A stretch of 25,418 bases of DNA from a virus (lineage: Duplodnaviria; Caudoviricetes), in IMG/VR virus record IMGVR_UViG_3300017978_000066, positions 1 to 25,418 of that record; one strand, given 5' to 3'. Position numbers and translations under genes: made by a program. This document shows, one piece after another, positions 8,001 through 15,972 of the stretch (its first letter is position 1; the number at the start of each line of letters is the position of its first letter). Under the pieces are notes generated by a model that ran no database searches, was not told the origin of the DNA, and worked only from the letters and a program-made list of their open reading frames with translations.

Positions 8001-11000
8001 TTTTTGAAGCACAAATTCTTGGTGGCTTTAGCTTTAGAGATATTAAAAGAATTGTATCTACTGAGCCAGAAAAAATTGTTATGCTTCAAAGGGCTCTGCG
8101 TGAAGCAGGAATAAAGGGCATTAAGGTGGGCATGCCACAGCTTACCATGATGCAAAAACTAAAGAAATTTGTTTATGGTAAAAAGGTATCTATGCCAAAG
8201 ATGCCAAGAACTCAGCCAGAAGGTTCTGGCCAATATACTGGATCGTATAGAAATGACCCTCTTGTACTTGGCAATAGGACATTCTGGAGCAAGGGTGGAG
8301 TAGTTGGACAATCAGATGTAGTTAAGACTCTGGCAAATAGATCTGGAAACATGTTTGAAATTGGAACAGTTAGCGTTCCAAAAATAGAAAATATTCCAGA
8401 GCAGACGTATGAGATAGATGTAAAAGATAAGGCTGAGTTAACTAAAATTCAAGCCGAAGTGGATAGGCTCGTAAAGGGTGACCCTACAAGAGGTATTACG
8501 GCACTTCAGGGAAGAAACATCGTAGATTCTGTTTTGGAAAACTATGGAGCAAAGGGTGCCAACCAAAGACTAAGCCTATCTAAGTTTAGAGAGTTTGCAA
8601 TTCCAATGGCAGAACTAATGCCAGATCCAGTTTCTCCTACCAGGCTAGGTCAGTTCTTTGGAGAAACTGCAAAAACTCAAGAACGTTTCCGTGGTGCACC
8701 AGAGTCATCACCAAAGTTTAAAGAGATGCTTGCAGATCCAAAGCTAGATCCATCTTTAAGGGCATCTATGGAAACCCTGATGGATGTCAATGAGAGACTT
8801 TATTACTCCGTTATGGATGATCCAGAAACTTTAAAGGAATACGAAGCAGCCGTTAGAAAAGCCCAAAAGGACAATGCTCCTATTCCAAATAAGGCAGATT
8901 TCTTAGCCAAAAAGGCACTCGCCGTCACAGGCTTTGATCCAGGAGATAGGTCTAAGGGTGGCGGACTGGAAAGGGGTCATGGTGGATCAAATTACCAGTT
9001 TGTTAAGCGTAGTCCACTTGGGTGGGAGCTTGGCCCTGCGACTAGTCCAGACTTTAGAGTAGGAAATAATTTTATAAGTGCGTTGACAAAAAACAACGAG
9101 GTAGATGCTAGCGGAAAGCCAATAACGACTAACGTTTATGATCAGGTAAAAGAGCTTACAGACAAGTATCCAGAGATTGACATAGACGGCAAGAAGATGA
9201 GTACCCAAAGCTTGTTGGCAAAGATGGTTAGTAATGCAAGCTTGTCGGCTGCAGAAGTAAAATTATTAGGAAAGCTTGCAGAGCTTGGAGTTATAGAAGG
9301 TGTTGACAAGAAGATAGGTGGTGGTTCGGGAAGATCATTTAGAATAATGGCAAGAGCCCTTACTGACACAAAGATTGTTAAGCCAGACGGAAAAGAAGTT
9401 AAAAAGGCAAACCTGGACACACTTGATGACTCTGCCAAGAAGGTATTGAATAGAGACGAGCTTGCCAAGAGGGTGCTAGAAGCTGATAAGCTAAAGCCAA
9501 AGCTACCAAAGGGTTTTACTCTTAGAGGCAAGACAATCTTTGGTTTTAATAAGGGTGTTGTATCAGTCCCAGGTCAAAAGGGCAAGGGCGATGTCGTCCC
9601 AGCTATGCTTTCACCAGGAGAGGCTGTTATCCCAACTAAGATGGCAGATAAGTATGCTCCACTAATTAATAGCATGATCTCCGACTCTGTTCCTGGATAC
9701 AACGGTGGTAAAAGGGCAAAGGGCAAGAAGGGGCCTAGGTTTGGTTCTGACTATGGCCCAATCCAGCGAGGAGAGGTTCCTGCAGCTCCGCCATCTCCAG
9801 ACCCTAGACTAATTACTCCAGCCGTTCAGCAGGCACTAACCAAGGCTACCTCCACCATGGGCAACCAGCTTGCCGAGTCGGTAAAGAAAAACTTTAACCC
9901 AAGAAATATGCGTGGAAGCATTGCGTCAATAAGAAAAGATATTGTAAGCAGTATTAGGCAAATAGTTAAGCAAAGTATTGGTGGGGCATCTCAGGCTGTA
10001 GTTAAGACTCTAAGAGATCCAAGTGCCGTAAAGGCCCTTCAAGGGCAAGCTCTTCTTCGTGGAGGACAGTTCGGCCCTATGGTTGCAGGAGGACTGCAGG
10101 TAGCCAGCAGTGCAGTAAGGTTTGCAGACAAGCACCCAGTAGTAGCAGAGACAGTCAAGAATGTTGGCCAAAAAGCCATGGCAGCAGCCAATAACAAGTT
10201 TGAGGCACTTACTGAAAAGATTGGTGCAAAGGCTAAAGCAGGTTGGACAATGGTCAACCCTGCCACAGGAAAGCCAGTCAATAAGGCTGATGTCCCAGAA
10301 GACGAGACTGAAGAGGAAAAGCGTCAGAGAAAGCTTCAGGAAAGAGAAGACAAAAAAGCCGCCAGGGGAACCCTAAAAGAAAGATATAACAGAGCTAACG
10401 AGTCCTATAAGGCTAAGATGGGAGGTATCACTCAGGGTGCTGGAATGGCAGCTGGTGGAGCCATGATGGGTGCTATGATGCTTGGCATGGGCGAGGGACC
10501 AATGGCCCAGATGGCAAACGATCTAATGCCAGCCCTGTTGGTTGCATCAATAGCCTTGCCATTGATGGGCTCCTTGGCTGGAGCAATTACTGTTGCTGTT
10601 GCTGCTGTAGTTGGAAGCATTATGCTTCTTAATGCAAAGTTTGATGATGCACAAAAGAAGGTTCTTGAATACTCAGAAACAATGAAGGCTAGCCGCCAGG
10701 CTATGCAGACTATTGCTGAATTTGGTGGCAACGTAACCGCATCTGAAGCAATGGATAGGAGACGTGCAGAGAGAGACCGTGAGCTTGGTGCTGTATCTGG
10801 AAAGACTACTTATGGTGAAGCATTTGTGCAGACCGAAGCTGGAAAGAAGCAGACAGAGATACTAGCAAAGCAGATTGCTTCAGGAAACAGAGAGGGCAGC
10901 GTCAAGGATATGACCTCTCAGCTAACCTCAGCAGTTCTATCTGGTGCAATGAACTTTTCTCAGGCTAGATCTATGGCAGCAAACCTTTCAACTGAAGCTG

Positions 11001-14000
11001 GAGATGCATCTATTGCAATTGATGTCATTGCAAATATGGAACAGCTTCTGGGCCCAGATGGCACAGATGTTCTTAAGGATCCTTTGGGTGTAAGGCTTAA
11101 TGCCCTTCAGGCAAACCAGGATGCCATGCAGCAAAGTATGGCTACTGCAAATGCTGGAGTTCAGAAAAATATGTTTGGTGGAGTAAGCGGAAGTTCTGGA
11201 GATAGAATTGGAACGACTCTGGGCCTAGCGGCAGGTGGAGCGGTAGCAGGAGCAATTATTGGATCTGCTGTACCGCTAATCGGTACTGCAATCGGTGCCG
11301 TTGTTGGTGGAATAGGTGGTGCAGTTGCAGGATACTTCTTGGGAGAGCAGAATGCGGAGAACTATGGAAAGCTTGGTGCAGCGGCAGCAGTAGATGCAAA
11401 GATTGCCCTAGAGCAAAATAAAGAGCTTCTTGACTCTATGGATATGTTCTATGAAAAGAAGATTAAAGAATTAAGAATTCAAGGCAAGATCAACGAAGCT
11501 AACGCAATGCAAACCAAGTACATGGATGAGCGTAAGATTCTTACAGACCAAATGGCAGCCATGAATCAGGAAATCCTAAATAGCTTTAACGAAAGCCCAG
11601 AGCTTCAGGAATCTTTGACAAGCGGTGCAATTAAGGCAACTGATGCAAGATATAAAGATGATCCTGACCAGTTGGCTTATGTAGATGTTGTACGTGCTCA
11701 GGCAGATCAGCTTAAGCTTGGAGAAGATCAGCAATACCTAATTGAACTTAAAATGTCTTCTGGAGAAATTCCTCCAGCAACTATGCGTAAGCTAATGGAT
11801 ATGGCATCTGGCGATGCTGAGTCACAGACAGCAGTACTAAACATTATTACAAAGTTCTCTGGAGACGTAGCAGGAAGAACCGCAGAGCTAGGGGCTATGC
11901 TTGGAGACAAGGATTTGGCAAGAAGGTTAACGCTAGAGGTGGATGCACAAGAGTCTGACGGTGATGCTCAGGATCTTCTAAACAACATTTCTGAGCTAAC
12001 TAAGATTGGTCAGGTAATTCCAGCTAAGGTAGCAGTAGACTTCTACCTAGCTAATTCAGACGCATATGATAAGTTTAACAAGCTGATGGACACTATTAAT
12101 GACAAGAAGCCAAAGACAATAAAGGCTCTCTTGGAGATCGCACCTGAGCTAAAAGGCAAGATCAGTAAAGAAGACGAGGCATACTTTAATACTTTGACAG
12201 ACGACCAAAAGGTTTTGTATTCAAAGACTTTGGTTTCACAACTATATGTTCCAGAGGCTGAGATCATTGCGTCAGAAGATTATATAAAGTGGTTGGGGGA
12301 AGACGTAACAATTGAGGGGTACAGGTATGGTGGTGCACAATATGCTGGCATGTCTGATTCTGTAAAGGTCGGATACTATAGAGCTCACGAAGCATTTAAG
12401 GCAACACAAGCAGATGCTGCCGCAGCTCCAAAGCCTCCAGGTGGTGGTGGCGGAGGTGGCGGTGGTGGCCGCAATGAGCCACTAGATGAGCCACTAACAA
12501 GGCTAAAAGAGATTAGAGACTCACGCATCAATGCCAAGGGTGGAAAGAAAGAGCTAATGCGACTACTTGGTGGCAAAAAGGATATCACTAGATTTACTGG
12601 TATGGAGCAACTTCTATTACAGCAGGGCGGTAGCTCTGAGTTCGTAGATTACCTTATGGGCCTAGACGAGGCACAGCAAAAGAAGTTCTTCAAGACAAAC
12701 AAAAAGACTGGAGCAATTACCCTAACTGACCAGGGCAAGGCAACAAGTAAGGCATTTGACGAGATTGCCCTAGGTGAATTCCAGCTAGGAATGAAGAGAG
12801 CTACAATCGATGTAAGCAATCAAAACGTTGCACTTCAAAGACTTGTGGCATCGGGAATGTCAGTTAGCGAGGCATATGCTGCTGTTGAAGATACTGCATT
12901 TGCCGCAGCGGTAGCCACTAAAGAGCTAAGCAACGAAGAGCTAAAGAAGATAACTGAAGAAGCAAAGCGAGCAGAGAAGGCACTAAAACAATTTGCAGCA
13001 GCCAGGGCACTTAGAGAAGATGTTGAAAATGAAAATAGAGACCTTAGAGTAACTGAGCAGTTCGCAAAGGGTCCAACAAAGAGAACCCTAGAAAATGGAC
13101 AAGTAAGAGGATTTGATTTTGCAGAGCAGCAGGCAATTCTAGAAGATAGCAACCTTCGTGAAATCTATGGACAATATTTGGCTGGGGAGATTGACAATCT
13201 TCCAGCAGCCTTTAGAACAAGATTGAACCAAATTGTAAACAGTATTGAGTTTAAAGAAGGACTATTCACAGAAGGTCTAAATAAGGCTATGGATAAGTTC
13301 GCTGCTGAAGAGCGAGCAATTGATATCAAGGCAGAGCTGTCCATAGTTGGAGATCGAAGAATTGCTGAGGTTGCTCAAAATGATATCGCAGCACTCCAGT
13401 ATGAGATTGATGACTACCAGGCAGGACTTCAGGAGATTGCTTGGCAAGAAGAGGAAATCAACAAGTCTTATGAAAAGAAGTATGAGGCTCTAGACAGAAT
13501 TGAGGAAGTAAATCAGAGGATCACTGCCCAGCAACAGAAGCAGCTAAGCCTTGCAGATGCTCTTTCAAGAGGTGACATTGCAGCAGCTGCCAGAGCAGCA
13601 CAAGAGATGAGGGACCAGTCAGCTCGTGACGCACTTAGCTCTCAGAGAGATGCTCTACAGAAATCACAGCAGCTTCAGACAGACGCACTTTTATCTAAGT
13701 CGGGTCTTAACAAAAAGCAGCTTGATGAGAAGATTCTTGCAAACCAGAAGAAGATCTTTGAGATCGAAGAAACGAGACTTGAGCCAGCACAGGAAAACAT
13801 CAGAAAGGCTGAGGCCGCTGCCAGCTTGGCAAAGCAAGACCTTAAGGTTGCTGGCAAGACAAAGCTAGAGTGGGATCAAATTTCTAACGGAATCGATCTA
13901 GCAAGAATTAATAGCGAAGAATATACAAACGCTATTAATGCTGGATTGACAGTCGTAAAGGACATAGAAGATTACTATAACACTAAGCCATCAGATAGAC

Positions 14001-15331
14001 AGTCTAATGTTCAGACGCTATTTTCTGCAGAAGATAACGCAAAGACAAATGCTAAGTTTAACCAAAAGCCAGTTGCAGTGGCTACTGGTGGACCAAGCTC
14101 TGGTGGTCCAAGCTCTGGTAGCGAAAGTGGAGATGAAGACCCTGGCGTAACTGACACAGGTGATGGACCTACACCTACACTGTCCTATAAAGATATTCAA
14201 GATTTGCAGAATAATAGAAATGTCTTTAGTACTACTGCATCTGGAACTCCTGGAATAAAAAATGCTTCAGCATTTGCTGCAGGTCTTTCTAGTGTATCTG
14301 ATAAAGCCCAAAACACCTTTAGAAAAACAGTAAAGGATACTCTTGAGGCAGAAAAGAAAAAGTTTAAGTCTACCTATGGATTTGACTATAAGGAAAACCG
14401 TAAAGACATCGCCCTTGAAAATGTAGAAAAATATGATAAGGCAATCTTAGAGCAAAAGGTAGCATTAAGAATGCCAGACGGCAAGGCTAAGATGTTTAAC
14501 ATTCGTGATTTAGACACACTTAGTAGGCAATACAACTTTAATGACTCATTTGGTGGAAGCATTGATGACTCTAAGGCGGCACAGAATCAAAGGGCAGCGT
14601 TCTTTAGTAGTCTTCCAACATTAGTCAAGGATGCTATGGAGTTCCTAAAAGCTGAAGCCACTCCAGGAATGCAATTTGGACCACAGTTTGACAAAGACTT
14701 ATCTGGGTTTGAAGATGCAAGAAATAATCTAATAAACTTAATTAACAGTAAGTACGGAGGGTTTGATGCACAGTACACTATAGAAGACTACCTGAGAAAG
14801 GATCCAAAGTTTAAAGCAGATGCTACTAAGCAGGGCCTGGTTGCAAAGTATGAAGCCTCTAAGAGAAAGATGATATCTGCAAAGACCAAGTATAGAGATG
14901 CTAGAAAGCTGCTCGCTGACAATGGATACAATAAGGCCAACCTAGCTTGGTATTTTGACAAGGGAAATAAGCAAATTGACTGGATGCAAAATAGTTTTGC
15001 TGGTGTCACTATGGGGCCAGGAGGGTACATTGCTGACGTAAACCCATTTAAGATGAAGGGCTATAACTCTGGTGGTCGTGTAATTGGTAGCGATATTGTT
15101 CCAGCCATGCTAACTCCTGGAGAGTTCGTGATGCGTAAGTATGCGGTTGAAAACTTTGGTGCAGAAAGACTAAAATCTATAAATAATGGAACATACAAGG
15201 GCGATTCCATGTATAATTATGAGGTAAACGTTAATGTTCAGACTGACTCAAACCCTGAGCAAATTGCCAGGGCAGTTATGAACCAGATTAAGCACATTGA
15301 CTCTCAGAGAATCAGGGGAAATAAGTTCTAA
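5072..15331 (+). CDS. Tail tape measure protein (3419 aa) with inserted accessory domains
   Basis: SD AGGAGG at 5057-5062. TP901-type tape-measure core (~5700-6450; ...GINASEGANALKSGL...). Ala-rich helical and coiled-coil regions and hydrophobic segments. Canonical position after the chaperones. Confidence 0.95.
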   Translation: MADDIRSDIIINVDTSVGIAEIKNLQRQISQLNAQLLQSGTQQAKAAQNIQRNLINNINATGKFAANVRTISTTAESFTTALERNKLGFGETFRYAGAATKTFGRFFKSEFATIEKVARERVKTLQTQFIKLGRDGSGAMKAISVRPLALDMDNLATKTAIAAQKQQLFNQLLQQGSTNLLNFGKNTQWAGRQLMVGFSIPLAYLGTVAAKTFMQMEEQAIKFKRVYGDTFTASEETDKMIKQVQELASEFTKYGVAVEKTMEMAADAAAMGLMNADLLAQVNQATRLSVLGGVEQEQALETTISLMNAFGTTAKDLAGEIDFLNAVENQTIVAIEDMTIAIPKAAPVVKQLGGDMEDLAFFMTAMKEGGINASEGANALKSGLASLINPAGKANEFLLQMGINLKGIVDANKGDVRGLVVDFASALDTLDPLNRARAIEQLFGKFQFARLSTLFQNVIKEGTQAQRVAQISQQTAEELAILSEREMKRVEDSPMYKFKKAVEDLKVSLVPLGEAFLKAITPVIEFAKGLLDRFNNMSDGAKNFVVVLTTVFAGIGPVLLMTFGLIANGVANLIKMFTFISKVFRGTGASSKDLATSTEYMTQQQLEASAVAASLDQSHAKLIQTFNVEAASVDKLATAYSRAVTAQARLLNVPIGPRNPAGQKPMKLRSGIVSVPGPKGAGDIVPAMLSPGEAVIPAKQSEKYAGLIQGMVNDDIPGYRFGRLGAAASSIGSKAKSLLGQVPVSRDKRNSKEWNQLTPPNSGWGLMESVVRALTGRRGSYGKSSTFYENKFADRFLRRSKKDVAVRMFADDLVSSLGRGETRYANIFQTGGKSRGSLDEAGGQREIAENKLFGFDSNTDPSKRPAYGYLFNRDVDLAGGSRPLVERITGKRDSNDRKADGQFAIRQATRLMNENTYRYGDIAMVLKKRALRGRTTVTQGDSINAMLQKYATPAKFGTRNREALEAAKTSGKGQRDFFEAQILGGFSFRDIKRIVSTEPEKIVMLQRALREAGIKGIKVGMPQLTMMQKLKKFVYGKKVSMPKMPRTQPEGSGQYTGSYRNDPLVLGNRTFWSKGGVVGQSDVVKTLANRSGNMFEIGTVSVPKIENIPEQTYEIDVKDKAELTKIQAEVDRLVKGDPTRGITALQGRNIVDSVLENYGAKGANQRLSLSKFREFAIPMAELMPDPVSPTRLGQFFGETAKTQERFRGAPESSPKFKEMLADPKLDPSLRASMETLMDVNERLYYSVMDDPETLKEYEAAVRKAQKDNAPIPNKADFLAKKALAVTGFDPGDRSKGGGLERGHGGSNYQFVKRSPLGWELGPATSPDFRVGNNFISALTKNNEVDASGKPITTNVYDQVKELTDKYPEIDIDGKKMSTQSLLAKMVSNASLSAAEVKLLGKLAELGVIEGVDKKIGGGSGRSFRIMARALTDTKIVKPDGKEVKKANLDTLDDSAKKVLNRDELAKRVLEADKLKPKLPKGFTLRGKTIFGFNKGVVSVPGQKGKGDVVPAMLSPGEAVIPTKMADKYAPLINSMISDSVPGYNGGKRAKGKKGPRFGSDYGPIQRGEVPAAPPSPDPRLITPAVQQALTKATSTMGNQLAESVKKNFNPRNMRGSIASIRKDIVSSIRQIVKQSIGGASQAVVKTLRDPSAVKALQGQALLRGGQFGPMVAGGLQVASSAVRFADKHPVVAETVKNVGQKAMAAANNKFEALTEKIGAKAKAGWTMVNPATGKPVNKADVPEDETEEEKRQRKLQEREDKKAARGTLKERYNRANESYKAKMGGITQGAGMAAGGAMMGAMMLGMGEGPMAQMANDLMPALLVASIALPLMGSLAGAITVAVAAVVGSIMLLNAKFDDAQKKVLEYSETMKASRQAMQTIAEFGGNVTASEAMDRRRAERDRELGAVSGKTTYGEAFVQTEAGKKQTEILAKQIASGNREGSVKDMTSQLTSAVLSGAMNFSQARSMAANLSTEAGDASIAIDVIANMEQLLGPDGTDVLKDPLGVRLNALQANQDAMQQSMATANAGVQKNMFGGVSGSSGDRIGTTLGLAAGGAVAGAIIGSAVPLIGTAIGAVVGGIGGAVAGYFLGEQNAENYGKLGAAAAVDAKIALEQNKELLDSMDMFYEKKIKELRIQGKINEANAMQTKYMDERKILTDQMAAMNQEILNSFNESPELQESLTSGAIKATDARYKDDPDQLAYVDVVRAQADQLKLGEDQQYLIELKMSSGEIPPATMRKLMDMASGDAESQTAVLNIITKFSGDVAGRTAELGAMLGDKDLARRLTLEVDAQESDGDAQDLLNNISELTKIGQVIPAKVAVDFYLANSDAYDKFNKLMDTINDKKPKTIKALLEIAPELKGKISKEDEAYFNTLTDDQKVLYSKTLVSQLYVPEAEIIASEDYIKWLGEDVTIEGYRYGGAQYAGMSDSVKVGYYRAHEAFKATQADAAAAPKPPGGGGGGGGGGRNEPLDEPLTRLKEIRDSRINAKGGKKELMRLLGGKKDITRFTGMEQLLLQQGGSSEFVDYLMGLDEAQQKKFFKTNKKTGAITLTDQGKATSKAFDEIALGEFQLGMKRATIDVSNQNVALQRLVASGMSVSEAYAAVEDTAFAAAVATKELSNEELKKITEEAKRAEKALKQFAAARALREDVENENRDLRVTEQFAKGPTKRTLENGQVRGFDFAEQQAILEDSNLREIYGQYLAGEIDNLPAAFRTRLNQIVNSIEFKEGLFTEGLNKAMDKFAAEERAIDIKAELSIVGDRRIAEVAQNDIAALQYEIDDYQAGLQEIAWQEEEINKSYEKKYEALDRIEEVNQRITAQQQKQLSLADALSRGDIAAAARAAQEMRDQSARDALSSQRDALQKSQQLQTDALLSKSGLNKKQLDEKILANQKKIFEIEETRLEPAQENIRKAEAAASLAKQDLKVAGKTKLEWDQISNGIDLARINSEEYTNAINAGLTVVKDIEDYYNTKPSDRQSNVQTLFSAEDNAKTNAKFNQKPVAVATGGPSSGGPSSGSESGDEDPGVTDTGDGPTPTLSYKDIQDLQNNRNVFSTTASGTPGIKNASAFAAGLSSVSDKAQNTFRKTVKDTLEAEKKKFKSTYGFDYKENRKDIALENVEKYDKAILEQKVALRMPDGKAKMFNIRDLDTLSRQYNFNDSFGGSIDDSKAAQNQRAAFFSSLPTLVKDAMEFLKAEATPGMQFGPQFDKDLSGFEDARNNLINLINSKYGGFDAQYTIEDYLRKDPKFKADATKQGLVAKYEASKRKMISAKTKYRDARKLLADNGYNKANLAWYFDKGNKQIDWMQNSFAGVTMGPGGYIADVNPFKMKGYNSGGRVIGSDIVPAMLTPGEFVMRKYAVENFGAERLKSINNGTYKGDSMYNYEVNVNVQTDSNPEQIARAVMNQIKHIDSQRIRGNKF
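7082..7228 (+). repeat. TMP 49-aa repeat copy 1 (GIVSVPGPKGAGDIVPAMLSPGEAVIP...PGY)
   Basis: 34/49 aa identical and ungapped relative to copy 2 at 9554-9700 (counted by hand). Confidence 0.95.
7478..8130 (+). other. DUF3626-like domain inside the TMP (possible ADP-ribosyltransferase fold)
   Basis: Ordered motifs RYANIFQTG, R...E..LFG, RPAYGYL, YG.I..VLK, RTT.T.GDS and FFEAQILG match my recollection of the DUF3626 pattern. Not verified by HMM. Confidence 0.65.
9554..9700 (+). repeat. TMP 49-aa repeat copy 2 (GVVSVPGQKGKGDVVPAMLSPGEAVIP...PGY)
   Basis: Same length (147 nt) as copy 1, with a high density of synonymous differences. Confidence 0.95.
12440..12469 (+). repeat. Poly-Gly (G10) linker in the TMP
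   Basis: Ten consecutive GGN codons preceded by AAAAPKPP. Confidence 0.9.
14087..14116 (+). repeat. 15-bp tandem duplication encoding GGPSS x2
   Basis: GGTGGACCAAGCTCT / GGTGGTCCAAGCTCT with one mismatch, in a low-complexity linker. Confidence 0.85.
15059..15133 (+). repeat. TMP repeat copy 3 (shorter, C-terminal): GYNSGGRVIGSDIVPAMLTPGEFVM
   Basis: Shares DIVPAML.PGE.V with copies 1 and 2. Confidence 0.9.
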
Positions 15332-15972
15332 TGACTAGTGAAGCATACATGCTAGGACGCAAGAAGTATCAGAGACCACAGGCGATGCTGTGGTCAGAGA
15401 ATTCTGGAACCTTGGTAGATGGGCTATACGTACCCAATGGCTTTGAGGTAAATGCTGACCTTGATGCAGAAACAGACGAAACCCTATTTAATCAATTTAT
15501 TATTCTTTCAGATGACAATAGATCACCATTAGATTTTAAGCCTCAAAGAATAGAGACAAGAAAGAGAATGGCTAATGGGAGAATGCGATCTTATCACATT
15601 GCTGATAAGATGACGCTATCTACTTCTTGGGACATGCTGCCTTCTAGATCTTATGCACTCAGGCCAAACTATAGTCTTGAAGATGGAAAATCGCCATACG
15701 TAAATGACAGAAGTTTGGAATACACAACAGACGGTGGTGCAGGCGGAGTGGATATCCTTAAGTGGTATGAAAATCACAAGGGTTCTTTCTGGGTTTATTT
15801 GGCATATGACAAGTTTTCAGTTTTTGGGGAAGACGACGCAGCCTATGCACATCTACCACAGTATAACCAGCTAATCGAAATGTTCATTTCTGACTTTAAC
15901 TACTCAGTAGTTACTCGTGGTGGATCTAACTATGACTTTTGGAATATAAGCGTAACGCTGGAAGAGGTCTAA
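15331..15972 (+). CDS. Minor tail protein, distal-tail (Dit)-like
   Basis: First gene after the TMP, TAATG overlap. R.RMANG.MR...IADK...SW..L and C-terminal W.IS.TLEEV. Confidence 0.7.
   Translation: MTSEAYMLGRKKYQRPQAMLWSENSGTLVDGLYVPNGFEVNADLDAETDETLFNQFIILSDDNRSPLDFKPQRIETRKRMANGRMRSYHIADKMTLSTSWDMLPSRSYALRPNYSLEDGKSPYVNDRSLEYTTDGGAGGVDILKWYENHKGSFWVYLAYDKFSVFGEDDAAYAHLPQYNQLIEMFISDFNYSVVTRGGSNYDFWNISVTLEEV

Noticed and set aside
7229-9553. Intein or self-splicing intron as the explanation for the TMP insert
   Set aside because: No Cys/Ser-start and His-Asn-end splice junction motifs or LAGLIDADG blocks were seen, and the frame is uninterrupted.
7082-9700. Repeats as a diversity-generating retroelement TR/VR pair, CRISPR repeats or IS ends
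   Set aside because: Differences are mostly synonymous or conservative and not adenine-specific. There is no reverse transcriptase, cas or transposase gene in the window. The repeats are conserved at the protein level.
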